Under the pieces are notes generated by a model. The model searched no databases and was not told the DNA's origin. It saw only the letters and a list, made by a program, of their open reading frames with translations. Below, piece by piece: positions 27,465 to 39,792 of a stretch of 64,000 bases of DNA. The position numbers were made by a program, and so were the translations under genes. The stretch's first letter is position 1. Each line of letters opens with the position of its first letter. Origin of the DNA: Octopus vulgaris (lineage: Eukaryota); the NCBI GenBank assembly GCA_951406725.2, contig OX597815.1:91884001-91948000 (forward strand), written 5' to 3'.

Positions 27465-28181
27465 TCATTTTTTCGAGGAGGTGGAAACCTCCTTGACATC
27501 CTCCTCCTTCTCTCCCTCCATTGAGGGAGCAGGGAGTGGTTCCTCTGTTAACTGCTCCAGGATCCTATTTTGGTCCTTGGGGCAGTTTTTCTTGATGTGG
27601 CCGGTCTCCAGGCACAGGTGACACTTGGGGGGGGGGCGTCCCTCGAGCATCACCGGATACCTAGACCCAGCCATCCTCAAAAAATCTGGGAAAACCAGAC
27701 TTTCGGCTGATTGTTTCCATAGGGTCAACACAGCTTTTGACCCCTCCCAATCAGCCGCAGGCAAAATTTTTACTTTGAGCAGCTTGGTACTGCTACCACC
27801 CAGACCCCGGCGGATAGAGTCCTCTATCCACTCGGGCTCAATTCCGTGTGGCAAGCCGCAAACCCAAGCCCTCGTTAACTTCTTTCCACAATAACTGGGA
27901 AGAAACATTATTTCCTCCCCTTCGAGGGGCCGGCTTGCAAAATTGCAAGCTTCTTTGGGGGAGTCAAATAGCAACCAGACCATTGCAAATTTGACTCCCA
28001 GTGAAATAAATTTAATAGCTGGCATGTATTCTACCAGCTCTTTCAAAATTGTGGCTTTCGGGAAGACGGTTATGGTATCAAGCGACTTTAAATAAGTCCT
28101 CAACACCACCGTCTTCCTTTCGAGCTCTTTTAGCCATGATTTGAGAGGTGTTAATTCCCATACTAATATTTCCTTTGTCAT
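27465..28181 (-). CDS. L1/Tx1-type ORF1 protein (RRM-like region plus CCHC zinc knuckle), 238 aa
   Basis: TRAWVCGLPHGIEPEWI (RRM-like) and V.LEGRPPPKCHLCLETGHIKKNCP (CX2CX4HX4C). Non-repetitive, ATG-initiated ORF. Confidence 0.8.
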   Translation of the reverse strand: MTKEILVWELTPLKSWLKELERKTVVLRTYLKSLDTITVFPKATILKELVEYMPAIKFISLGVKFAMVWLLFDSPKEACNFASRPLEGEEIMFLPSYCGKKLTRAWVCGLPHGIEPEWIEDSIRRGLGGSSTKLLKVKILPAADWEGSKAVLTLWKQSAESLVFPDFLRMAGSRYPVMLEGRPPPKCHLCLETGHIKKNCPKDQNRILEQLTEEPLPAPSMEGEKEEDVKEVSTSSKK

Positions 28182-30173
28182 TTTTTTTTTTAAATAAAAA
28201 GTTCAAATACAGTTCGTCAATACGTTTTCAAATAAAGAAAGATACACAAAAAAAGAAAGAAGACACAACAGAAGGGAAGAAAAAAGAAAAATAACAGTTC
28301 AAATAAAGTTCTTTTTTTTTTAAATAAATGATAGCTGTGAAAAGAGAGTTCAAATCCAGGCAAAGAAATAAATTTTTGGCCAAAAGGTACGCCTGGCCAA
28401 TCCTTTTAATCCACATGGGCACAAAAATTTTCAAATACAACTTCTCACAATTATGTGAGACAACACACACGTCTCCACAGCAAGGCAGACAAAAAGCCCT
28501 GAATCCAGTAAGGACTCCTTGTCTGTTCAAAAAATAAAACCAACAGGCAACAAATCCTACTGGACTCAAAAAGCAAAAAGTCTTACCTTACAGTAGAGCG
28601 TCTTTCAGTTCAACTTTCGCCAGCTGCATACCAGCGTGACGACTTCAACAGGTGCGTGAAGAACACTGTTTTTGTTCTTTTTTCTTTTTAGGACGGAGCT
28701 CAAGCTACAATGTCCTCTCTGTTCAACCAGAAGCAAGCTTCTTAACACACAGCCATGCCTGTCCAAAGAACTGTTAGTGAGTGTATATGTATGTGCCAGA
28801 CTATGGTAATCTGGTATTATTAATGTTTTGCAGCTGGGTAGTTGTAATGCTACCAGCGGTCATAGAACAGAAATAAAAATACATGTAGCAAGGGGCAAAA
28901 GTATTTACAGCTAAAAAATGTAAATAAACACAAGTTTACTTTATACTTATATACATGCATGTGTGTGTGTGCGTGTGCATGTGTGTTTTAGGCCTGTGTG
29001 TTTTAAATGCATAGTTATTGTCAAGAAGAGCATCAAGACCTAAAATACAGCTCAAGTAAGTATCCGGTAAGTATCTGGTCAACCTAGTCAATCTAGTCAA
29101 AAGGTATGTGAACATTGAAAAATGACAGAATGGAAGAAGGGAGAGGGGATTATAAAAAGGATATAAAAAACGGAATGTAAAGAATGCTATAAAGCAAAAA
29201 AATTTATAACCACAAAACAGGTACAAGTCCAGTCAAGAGACTATAAAGGCAAGGAAATGTAATAAGATTGCATTGAAAATAGAGAGGTTTGGAAGAGAAG
29301 GCTTAAGAAATATTTATATATACAGTACATGGAAAAAAAGAGAATTGATTGTAAAAAGGGCATGAAAAAGGAATGCTATATAAGTTAATTTACACAGGTT
29401 AAAAGAAAGTTTTAATGAAATCTAGTAGACAGCAAAGTTTCCAGAAAGTCAACGTAATCTAATGTTGCAAAGAATTCGAGAATGGTTTAAAAATTGGTTT
29501 GAGAGCAGATGTTACATGATGGACATTCGGTCTGTGAAGAAAGAAAAATGATGGCAAAAGGAGATTGTGACAGAGTAGGAGAGGTGATAATAGATGGGGG
29601 TGATAATAGTGTGTGCATGTGCTTGCATGCTAGTGCATGTAAATGTCAGTGTGCATATGAACAGTCAAAGTTAAAGTACACAGTACTTCAGGAAATAGTG
29701 GCATATACTTTTTATTGAGTTTTACACAGTTGGGTGTAAAAAAGAGTGTAAAAAAAAGGAATGCTACACCAATAAATAAATACATAAATATTTACATATA
29801 TTCATACATACATGCATACATATCTATCTATCTATATATATATATATATATCAAATAGTAATTTCAGTCTTCATATCCATCACTTCTGTAATGAAATGTT
29901 TACATCTATGACAATATCAGTTAAAATTTGATTTTTTCCATTTACATACACAAACGCACACATACATGTACATGCATACATAAAGAAATATATATGATAG
30001 AAATATAATAGTAATTTCAAAGTTCATACCTACCATCTCCATATCAAAATATTTATATCCATGACAATACCACTAATAATGCTGTCTTACTTCCATACGC
30101 ATACATGTATATATACATGCATGCATTCATACATACTAATGTGTGTATGTGTATTATATATGTGTGTATATAA

Positions 30174-30204
<31 letters not shown>

Positions 30205-30919
30205 AACATACATACTCATATATATCATCATCATCATCATTTAACATCCAATATATATATGTATATTGTGTGTCTGTGTGTGTGTATGCAATAAACCTTC
30301 AGATATTATTTCGACGAAATATTTCTTTTTAATTCTTTACAAAACCAAAAGTAAAGAAAAAATGTTATTAATTTTACAAAAGAAAAGTTGCCTGTACCTT
30401 ATGAATGACCTTACATAATCAGAAATGTTGTCAAACAAACATGACAACCATCTCTGAAATTTTAATAATAAATTTAAATCATGAATATTTGTCAATGTTT
30501 TTATTGTTATTACTACGCTTCTCTAAGCTGGTGGCTTTTTATATTTTATATTTCATCCACCATTTTTTAAATCTAGACTCTATAACTATGTTGAGTATGT
30601 GCTTGGCAACACAAGATAATTCCATAACTCTTGCAGTGTTGCGACTGGAGGGAAAGAAAAATAGTTCAGTTTTTGTTGCTTTTTTTTTTTTCCTAGATAG
30701 CAAAGGAAAATTAATTCACCTTAATACTATGAAAAAAATAATTTTAAAAAAATATAATTACTGGAGTCAAAGAATAAATACCAATGGAAGCCTGGGTTGA
30801 GAGTAAATATGCATGCACATGTATATATGTGTGTTTGTGTGTGTGTGTATTTACATGTACATTGAAACTATGACTGTATTCACCTCTCTATCTATGATTT
30901 TATGTGTACATGTGTATCA

Positions 30920-31290
30920 TCATCATCACTATCATCATCATCATCATCCACATCATCATCGTTTTATGTCCACCTGCCATGTGGGCATGGGTTGAACAGT
31001 CTGACAGAAGCTGGCCAGGCAGGAGCCTGCTCCAGACCTTGAGTCTGTTTTGGTATGGTTTTTACAGCTTGTTGCCCTTCCTAACACCAACCACCCAGCA
31101 GAGTGGCCAGAGTGCTTTTTATGTGGCACAAGCACAAGTGAGATCAGTTTTGGCATGGTTTTACAGCCGGATGCCCTTCCAAATGCCAACCACTTTACAG
31201 TTGTACTAGATGCATTTTGCATGGCACCACCACTAGCAGGGTCACCAAGTAACTTGCAAGACAAAAATCCTTGAGGGCACTGTAGGAGGT
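30920..31290 (-). mobile_element. RTE-tail-related element with (GAT)n end
   Basis: (CAT)n-CGTTTTATGTCCACCTGCCATG...GCCCTTCCTAACACCAACCAC, the reverse complement of the RTE 3' tail. Confidence 0.6.
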
Positions 31291-31593
31291 GATCTTGTGT
31301 CAGATGATAAAAGGTTCAAGTGTGACAGAGAGGCAGAAACAGGTGTCTTACTGTAGAGATACATGGCTACCTGGCCAGAGAGAGAGAGGGAGAGAGATAA
31401 AGAAGGAGGACAGAAAACAGGTGAGCTGCTGTAAAGGAGATACATGGCTCAATTTAATTCCATGACACCTTGAGTTCAATTCCATGGCACCGTGAGTTTA
31501 ATTCCATGGCACTTTGAGCAAGTATCATCTGCTATAGCTCTCAGCTAACCAAAGCCTTGTGAAAAATAGAAATTGAAAGAAGCTTGTCATATT

Positions 31594-31803
31594 CAAGGGG
31601 CTACTGAAAAGGTCCTAGCTTTAAATTTATCATGAAAAGCCTAGCTGGAGGCCCAACCTTCCGAATTCTTTTACAGGGCTTACAAAAACTGGAGGACTGC
31701 TGCAATAAGTGTGTGAGGGGAATATGTTGAATAAAATCATAATCAACTGATCCTCCTGTATTTTCTTTTATCCAAAGCCAGAAATTGTTCAGCACCTTTC
31801 TGT
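31594..31803. mobile_element. mariner-derived MITE nested in a SINE
   Basis: Termini CAAGGGGCTACTGAAAAGGTCCTAGCTTT and AAAGCCAGAAATTGTTCAGCACCTTTCTG-TA are imperfect TIRs. Confidence 0.5.
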
Positions 31804-32372
31804 ATATTTGTGTATGTGTTTGTGTGTCTGCGTGTTTGTATCTCTTTGTCTTGACATCATGTGATAGTCGTAAACAAGTATCTTCATAGAAGTGGCATTC
31901 TTCATTTCCAGTCTTCCATGAAAACATGTCCAGCCATTGGAAAATATTACTCTGCTTGTGAAGGTTGGTGGTGAGAAGGACATCTGGTCACAGAAAATCT
32001 ACTTCAATGAATTTCATTTGATCTATACAAGAATAGAAAATTGGATGTTAAAACAATAGAGATGATGATGATAGTATTTTCATGCTAACCATAATTGTTC
32101 TACCTTCTGATAGCTCCAAAGAAGGGTACCATTTTTTTTCCATTAATTTCTCTTCAAACCTTTTACATCAACAACTGAGAAAATTAAAAGTGCACAAAAT
32201 ATGAATTTAAAACAAATAGATTACTTTATAACATAATCCTCTTTATTTTCAACATGTTTGATCCATTTTTGCTTAAGCAAATTACTGAATACAGATTTTC
32301 TTTGGAGATGGCCATGGTTAACATAATAACAACAACAGTTTAATTGACATTTCTATTTTACATATGTATATA

Positions 32373-32790
32373 TCTATTATATAAAATCTGTTCTGTCTGT
32401 CTGTGTGTGTGTGTCTTCTAGGATCTCGGGCATCCTCCATCTGATTGCACTCAAATTTGATATGTAGATACCGATGGTATCAGGGCATGTATAAGTCTTG
32501 AAAAAATTACAAAAATCGATTCCAGGTGAGAATGCGATCGATAAAGCCATGGGAATGTGCATTTGTATGCGCAAGTACATCAGGTGTTGCAATCGATACT
32601 ACGCATACACGAGAAAGATGCACATGCAGTTTGTGCAAAATAAAAAACGGCCTGTTTGGTGTCTCAAATTTAGGTTAAATCAGTGTTTCTCAAAGGGGAG
32701 GCCTATGGAATGGTCGGACAAGTTGTTTTGAGAAAATTTGGTTTAAATGTTTGACAATTCAGCACCATCCATTGGACGAGGGGCATTTTG
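32373..32790 (+). mobile_element. Non-autonomous Helitron, 5' portion
   Basis: A|TCTATTATATAAAA start followed by (CTGT)n, resembling the 5' ends of the Helitrons at 58117-59365. No CTAG end seen. Confidence 0.5.
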
Positions 32791-32864
<74 letters not shown>

Positions 32865-32866
32865 AG

Positions 32867-34088
32867 GAAAGTCAAAAATTATCTGCACTTTCACCAAAAG
32901 TTGTTTAGGTTGGCCTCACTGTCTTTCATGTTTGCATGTTAAAAAGTGGTACTCTTGTGGTTATATAACTGAAGTTTGATGATGATCACCCCAGTTTTCT
33001 TTCTTGTGTTACAAAGTAATCTTTGTGTACACCAAAGAAGAATAGAAATCAGTGATTCAATTTTTCTGGTCTGAAGGTGTGTTAGGTGCTGATATTTGTC
33101 ACAGGTTTTCAGTACAACCATGTAGAAGTGTGTATGAGTAGATCAAGAAGTTTAAAATTGGTTGAACAAGTGTGAAGCACAAAGAGGGAGCAGGATGCAT
33201 GTCAACTTTCACCACTAACATGAAGACTTGACAAGCTTGAGAGATGGTTGTAGTGAACTGACAAGTGACCATCGATGAGATGAGATGTTTTGTGCAAATT
33301 AGTCTTGGTTTTGTGTACAAAATCATCCACAACAAGCTTCGCTTTTGTAAAGTATGTGTGAGATGGATGCCAAGAGAGCTTACTGAAGCACATAAGCACA
33401 ATCATGTGGAGATCTATCAATGCATACTTGACTGCTACAACTTATGAAGGCAAAGGTTTTTTTGTTTTTTTTAAAGAGAATAGTCACAGGAGAATGGAGT
33501 GGAAACATTCAGAAATACCTGTGTAAAAGAAACTCAAGACTCAACTTTCTGCTGAAAAAGTGATGCTAACCATTTTTGGGGACACAAAAGCTATTTTTAC
33601 TGGAACATTACCTGGGAAAGGAGTCTATAGTCACTAGTGTAGACTACAGTGAAATGCTGACCCACAAACTGAAACCAACAATTCGCACCACATGCTGAGG
33701 TCTATTGTCAAAGAAAGTGCATGACAATGCAGGCCCACCTACAGCTACCCAAACAGTTAAAACCTTGAAAAAAATTGTATTTCAAGTTGCTGAAACACCT
33801 TGCATACATTCCAATCTCACCCCTTTCAACTATCTTTGGACCATTCAAACATCCTTAACATGGTCAACAATTTACTGTGGACAATGAAGCATAGAAAACA
33901 ATGCATAAATGGCTGCATAACCGGCCCCAAAACTTTCTTCTCTAATGGAATATGCAAACATGTGGACTGATTGAAGAAGTACATCGAAAAGCAAGATTAT
34001 GTCAAAAAATGATGCAATTGTTCCACCCCTGCTTTTGTTTTAAAAGATTACAGAAACAAGTGTGTGTACAATTTTTTACATACCTTTG
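32867..34088 (+). mobile_element. Degenerate mariner transposon
   Basis: KVCVRWMPRELTEAHK, RIVTG, KVMLTIF and HDNAGP motifs. Imperfect TIRs. Many stops and frameshifts. Confidence 0.8.
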
Positions 34089-34279
34089 TGAACATACATG
34101 CATGCATGCATACACACACACACACACACATACATACATACATACATATATAAAAATAGGATCATGTACGGTCGTATCGTATAGGAAATACAATGCGCAC
34201 GCGATCCCATTCTTAATGAGTTAGACAAACCATTTATACATGCAGCACAATAGAACATAAGGGATTGACAACAAGTCAC

Positions 34280-35305
34280 TGTTTGAGAGGCAAGATAAGA
34301 TTTTATTTACAATGAAGTTAAGGTTGGAAGTGTATGGGAGCATGCAACACGTGTTTGTGTCTGTGTGTTAGTGTGTGACAGAACAATGAACGTGGTTGAC
34401 ATAGAAAAGTACCTGATGGTGGAAGATAGCAGTCTTTGGTGGTTGAGCGTACATTGGCATAGTGGTTAAGGAACCATTGTATCATTTTGTTGTTTAGCTC
34501 TGTCTCTGAAGCTAGTTCTTACAAGAACTAAAGACAGGTAATTGATTTACTGTTTATGAGGTACACGAGGTGTAAGAGTTCAATATCAAGATGTTGTGTC
34601 TCGGAGCTGACATCTGTTGAATCGCTTGTTGCGTTTATCTTTCTCTTGATATGAATATACTTCCAGATGTGTTAACTGTAGCCGTTTTTTCCGTGGTAAG
34701 AATTTCACCTAACCGCTATAGCTGAATCTGTAGTTGTCTTGTGTACAAATTAAATCTTCGATGTTTGGCGTTTGGTTTCCGCTGCTTCTTCATCATATAT
34801 TCTGCTTGGTTATTTTTCTCTAGTTATAGATATCCTGTAACCGTTCTTTCGTGGTGATATTATCACACTAACAGTATGAGAGGAATCTGTAACATCTTGT
34901 ATTAATGGTGGTCGCCTGCCTTTCGAAACTGGAACATGGTCGAGTATGCTCTGTGTGGTCAGAGGCTCGCCCTGAGAAGGACTTGAAACCTAAGACGAGC
35001 TCTGTGGTCAGAGACTTATCTCTGAAAAGAACTAAAAGCCTAAGACGAATATTTGTCTGAAAAACCTTCTTTATATAAGGCTTATACGGCTCCAAATGAA
35101 CTTCAGAAATGGAAAGCTGTGATTGGCTGCTTGGAACTATGGCGCGAAAATAAGCGGAGGCAAATCGCGTCACGTGATAACCAGCGGTGCGAACGTAGTA
35201 GAGACCAACGTGTCAGCCAATCGAATTAGTGTTTACAACAATGTTGAACTAGCCAAAGATGTTTGTAATCTCGAATGAGATTATTCTTAATACTCTTCTC
35301 AAACA
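34280..35305 (-). mobile_element. Probable solo LTR (~1.03 kb)
   Basis: TGTTTGAGA...TCTCAAACA termini. On the minus strand: CCAAT boxes, TATATAAAG (~35070) and AATAAA ~22 nt from the end. Flanks GTCAC and GTGAA are imperfect as a TSD. Confidence 0.6.
35060..35225 (-). promoter_or_regulatory. Promoter-like motif cluster inside the putative LTR
   Basis: TATA box, CCAAT (GATTGGCT ~35121; AGCCAATC ~35215), E2F-like TTTTCGCGCCA (~35140-35150) and E-box GTCACGTGA (~35169). Confidence 0.45.
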
Positions 35306-36039
35306 GTGAAGATAGCGATGAGAGAACATACATACATACATACATATTGATCGATATATCAGTGGTAGCGGCAGCTGTTTCATGCTTCTGAGAACTGCAG
35401 TTCCTGCCTGACTAAATTGTTTCTCAATATCAATGGCATTTAAGAATGGAAAAGCCAAACTTCATACAAAACAGATGGGAGCAAAGATGACAAAGAAGAG
35501 TTAGCAGAGGGTATGGTTGTTGTTGTGTCTTGCATTCTTTACATTTTTCTTCAACTTGTCTTTTTCTTTGGGTTTCTGAAATATTAATTATAACAATAAT
35601 GGAGAGTGATACTAATTGGAATACTTCTGGGCTTCACTTTCCCATATTTAGAGGAGTTATTTAAGCCATTTTGAGGATTGATTTTAGCTGCTTTCTGTAA
35701 TGGCTTAAAAACTTCCAAGTGCTCTTTTCCCAGTGATTAAGTTACTGAAGAGGATCCATTAATTATGTGCTTCCACTGCACTATCAAGAGCAGGTCTATG
35801 TGCCTTGGATATGTGCTGTGGTTTGTTATGGTGTAGTTATTTTTATTGTATGTGCCACATGTGTGTGCAGAATCTCTTTTACTCTGTTACTGGATCCAGT
35901 CACTTGGCTATGGTCAAACACTGTCACTGATACATGTACAATTAAAGTGCGTTGCTTTTGTATGTGTTCCTTTTAGTATATATTTATTTTTACTTTCTAT
36001 ATCTTCTATATATATACATTTTCTATCTATCTTCTAACC

Positions 36040-36823
36040 ATAAAGTAAATATTTAGTCCTGCATGAATCTGACAACACCAACATCCAGAAGGAGCTACAA
36101 GATATGCTCAACTAATAGAAGTTACATTTTTTCCCCTCATCACTGAATCAGAATTCAACAACAACAGAAGAAATATCCCACATCATTTCAAATAACTAAA
36201 GATGAATGTACCACCATCACATCAAGACTTTGAAAACATCATGAATTGTGTGAAACTGAATATCCCCACATGCAAACATCCCTCTTGAATTATTGAAACA
36301 ATGGAGACTGCTTTTCCAAACTAGGCTTTTCACTCTTATTCTGTAAACATGGGAAGCCCACCAAATCCTCTTTCTAATCATACACACCACTTCTCCACAC
36401 ATCTAACCACAAATACTACCAATACATTTTCATTCACACCACAAAACCCTTTTGAATGAGCAACACAGATTCCATGGCTCCATACTTTGAAATGACTAAA
36501 CATGAACTGCTATTGGAACTTACATGCCATGTACAAGAAACTTTTTTACCAATTCTATACACCATTTTCCTCGAATAATGGAACTACAACTACAATATCT
36601 TTATATATCTTATTTCTACTTTCATTCTCTTATTGCCCTCTATATTTCCTATCTCCTCCTTTTCCATAATAATTTGAACTCAAATATTTCCTCTATTTAA
36701 CCTTCTCACACCATCTCTGATGAAGGGATATCCATAATATCCCAGAAACAGCTGTAAGACTATTTCCTTATAAATGTCCTGAAAACTCTTTACAGCCTTG
36801 GTTTTGTTATCTCATTCTGTCTA
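36040..36823 (+). mobile_element. Penelope-like element 3' end and pseudo-LTR
   Basis: A WEAHQILFL-type C-terminal remnant, then a T/C-rich UTR ending in a hammerhead motif and (TA)n. Confidence 0.5.
36714..36759 (+). ncRNA. Minimal type I hammerhead ribozyme with palindromic stem III
   Basis: TCT-CTGATGA-A-GGGATAT(CCATA)ATATCCC-A-GAAA-CAGCTG-TA-AGA. Predicted cleavage after A36756 (GUA). Confidence 0.75.
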
Positions 36824-36859
<36 letters not shown>

Positions 36860-36963
36860 ATACATATATATATATATATATGCATGCTAACACAAGACCC
36901 ACATTAGACCCCTCACTTATATCATTATCGAACCAAAAGTTTGGGTCTTCTAGATACCAATAC

Positions 36964-37026
<63 letters not shown>

Positions 37027-37128
37027 GTATTGGTATCTAGAAGACCCAAACTTTTGGTTCGATAATGATATAAGTGAGGGGTCTAATGTGGGTCTTGTGT
37101 TAGCATGCATATATATATATATATGTAT

Positions 37129-37168
<40 letters not shown>

Positions 37169-37275
37169 TAGACAGAATGAGATAACAAAACCAAGGCTGT
37201 AAAGAGTTTTCAGGACATTTATAAGGAAATAGTCTTACAGCTGTTTCTGGGATATTATGGATATCCCTTCCTCAG

Positions 37276-37276
<1 letters not shown>
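36716..37276. repeat. ~560-bp near-perfect palindrome centred on (TA)n
   Basis: Arms 36716-36967 and 37023-37276 are reverse complements, including their internal microsatellites. Confidence 0.95.
37233..37276 (-). ncRNA. Inverted copy of the hammerhead motif (CUGAGGA core)
   Basis: Minus strand: T-CTGAGGA-AGGGATATCCATAATATCCCA-GAAA-CAGCTG-TA-AGA. The 5' strand of stem I is partly replaced by (TA)n. Confidence 0.55.
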
Positions 37277-37307
<31 letters not shown>

Positions 37308-37319
37308 TAATCACTACAC

Positions 37320-38420
37320 CCCTTACTTCAATAACCATTTTTTAGACAGTGAAAAAACAGGCACCACCACTTACACAGACCCATAAAAAGAAAACTAAAA
37401 TAACAAACCTCTCTAATAAAAAACCCTTACACCAACCCAAATTAGCATCCTAGCCAGAGGCTTGAAATTCACACCCACCCCAAGAACACAACTCCCCGGA
37501 GATCAAGGATGACATTTCAGAATTTTGCAGAAAACTTCGTCTAACAGAAGCTTTTATAGACCTCAACAATGAGGATGATTCAATTGTTAAAAATAAAAGT
37601 AACTACCTACCATCCAAAGGAAGAAATAAAGCACTGGATGATTTTTGCAACCACAGCCAGAGTCTCCCTTTTACCCCATACAAAACCAAGGTTAAGTCCA
37701 ACTTTAATAGTAATGAATGGAAAAACCTACAAGACCTACAACAGGACAAGTGCCTTACTGTTAAAGAAGCCAACAAAGGTAGTACTGTGGTCCTTATGGA
37801 TACAGATTTTTACAAATACTTTCATTATTTAATGACAACTCTTTCTATGAAATAATCACTAACTATAAACAACAAAAAACACTCAAAAACCTCACCACTC
37901 TCATACAACATGGTCAAAAGCTCACAGAAAAAGAAAAGGATTACATCACCAACTTCAAATGCAAGCCCAACCTCTTCTATGGCCTCCCTAAAGTCCATAA
38001 AACAAGTCCATCACCAAAGACTGCAAACTCTCCTTTGACATCCACATCAACATTAAGACACCGGAGGACCTAAAACTAAGGCCGATCATAGCTGGCACCT
38101 CCTGTGAAACACACCGCTTGAGCAATTTCCTGGACATCCTTTTGAAACCTTTCCTCAGTCACATCAAAAGTTTCATTAGAGACGATCTTGACATGCTCAA
38201 GCACCTCACGAAAACAACCAACGAGGAGGCATTCTTTGTTTCCTTTGATGTTATCAACCACTATACCAACATCCCACATGAATATAGTATTGAGGCAATT
38301 GATTTCTGGCTGGAGAAACATCCAGAAGCATTTCCTAACCACATTAACAAGACCATCATTACAGAATCACTCAAGTTCATTCTGACAAACAATTACTTCC
38401 TCTTCGAAAACACACACTAG
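37320..38420 (+). pseudogene. Penelope-like element reverse transcriptase, N-terminal half
   Basis: ILARGLKFTPTP, FCRKLRL, FYGLPKVHK, LRPIIAG, LSNFLDILLKPF and FVSFDVINHYTNIPH...ILTNNYFLFEN. Frameshifted and truncated before the DD motif. Confidence 0.9.
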
Positions 38421-39337
38421 AAATAAAAATCCCAAATTTCATATATTCCCTTTCTGTCAATGTAAAGACAGAATCTCTACACAAGAAAGAATCAACAAGA
38501 AGAATCTTTTTATTGAAAAATTCCAAACTCTTCTTAATATGCAAACTCCACGGTGAGCGTTTTCCTTTTTCTAGCATCCTGTCTGACAAAAAATAGATAT
38601 AAGCATCCTGTTTGACAAAAAATCCAGCATTCCAATTAAAGAATATAAAATCCACAGAATTGTCTCCCCTTACTCACAGAAACTGGATAACTCCTACTCC
38701 ATTTCCTGTTTTGACACATAAACATCCAACTTTTTCAAACAAAACACTACACCAAAACACATGCATCCTAATCCTCCAAAGAAGTTTTTCCATGAACTAA
38801 TATTGAACTTTAAAAGCATAAAGACACTACAATGTATTGGTATACTTATTTATTCATTTTTGTATATATTTATTATTTTTTTTAAAAACATTGTAAATTT
38901 CTTTTTTCCCCTTCCTCAGTTTAGAAATTTTTTCTTCCCTTCCAAATCTTGAAAATTTGCCTTGCAATGAAAGCTTGTTTGATTTCTTTTAATTTTTCAT
39001 ACACCAATTTTTATTAAAATTTACTTTCAGTTTAGCATTCTGCCTTATTATTTTTTCCTCTCCTATATATATATAAATTAATAAATAAAACATATGCATA
39101 TATACATACATATATGTACATACCTACCTCTACATGTATATATACATGCATATATGGGTACAGGACACAAAAAAAAACGTCAAATACAATGAGAAACAAA
39201 AACATAAACACAAAACCAAGGAAATGGACATTTTTCTTAAACAACAAAAAAATAGACTACAGGACATACAACACAAGGAAAATTCCCCTTCTTCAGTCAT
39301 ATATATATATATATATGTATGTATGTATGTATATATA

Positions 39338-39792
39338 CAGGTCTTCATCGACTTACGACCGCAATTGGTTCCGACTGATTGGTCGTAAGTTGGCCTATAG
39401 GCTTACATAGCTTTGTTTTATATTTTTACATTCTTAAGGTACATTCTCAGGTAAAAGTCACACACAGCATTCTGTATTATACTATTACACTGACATTAGT
39501 CAAAAATTTTGGAGTCTCAAGCAGTCATCTTATAAACAAATATGAGGTTGTGTCGATGACTCCTCGATAGGATATTCATCCAACACTTGGGATAATCACA
39601 GTGGCAATCGATAACCAAACCTAGAGGAAGCATTTGTCAGTTGACATCACCCATAGATAGGTTAATTTCTAAGAAATTAAACCCATTAGATTTCAACTGG
39701 ACTATTTATTATTGCTGCCGGGAGCTGGCGGGTCATTCATCATAAAGTCAATTGGTTGTAAGTCACATAGGTCATAAGACAATGATGACCTC
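39338..39792. mobile_element. Tigger/pogo-like MITE
   Basis: TA-CAGGTCTTCATCGACTTACGACC...GGTCATAAGACAATGATGACCT imperfect TIRs, with repeated sub-terminal GGTCGTAAGT-like motifs. Confidence 0.65.

Larger units (their letters stand above)
26692..28729 (-). mobile_element. ORF1-only (half-L1 / HAL1-like) L1/Tx1-type non-autonomous retrotransposon with a 14-bp TSD
   Basis: TSD GAAGCAAGCTTCTT at 26678-26691 and 28730-28743. Contains a 5' UTR, ORF1 and a short 3' UTR ending TGCCCTTGTGGCAAATTTAATGAAATA. No APE or RT motifs between the TSDs. Confidence 0.85.
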
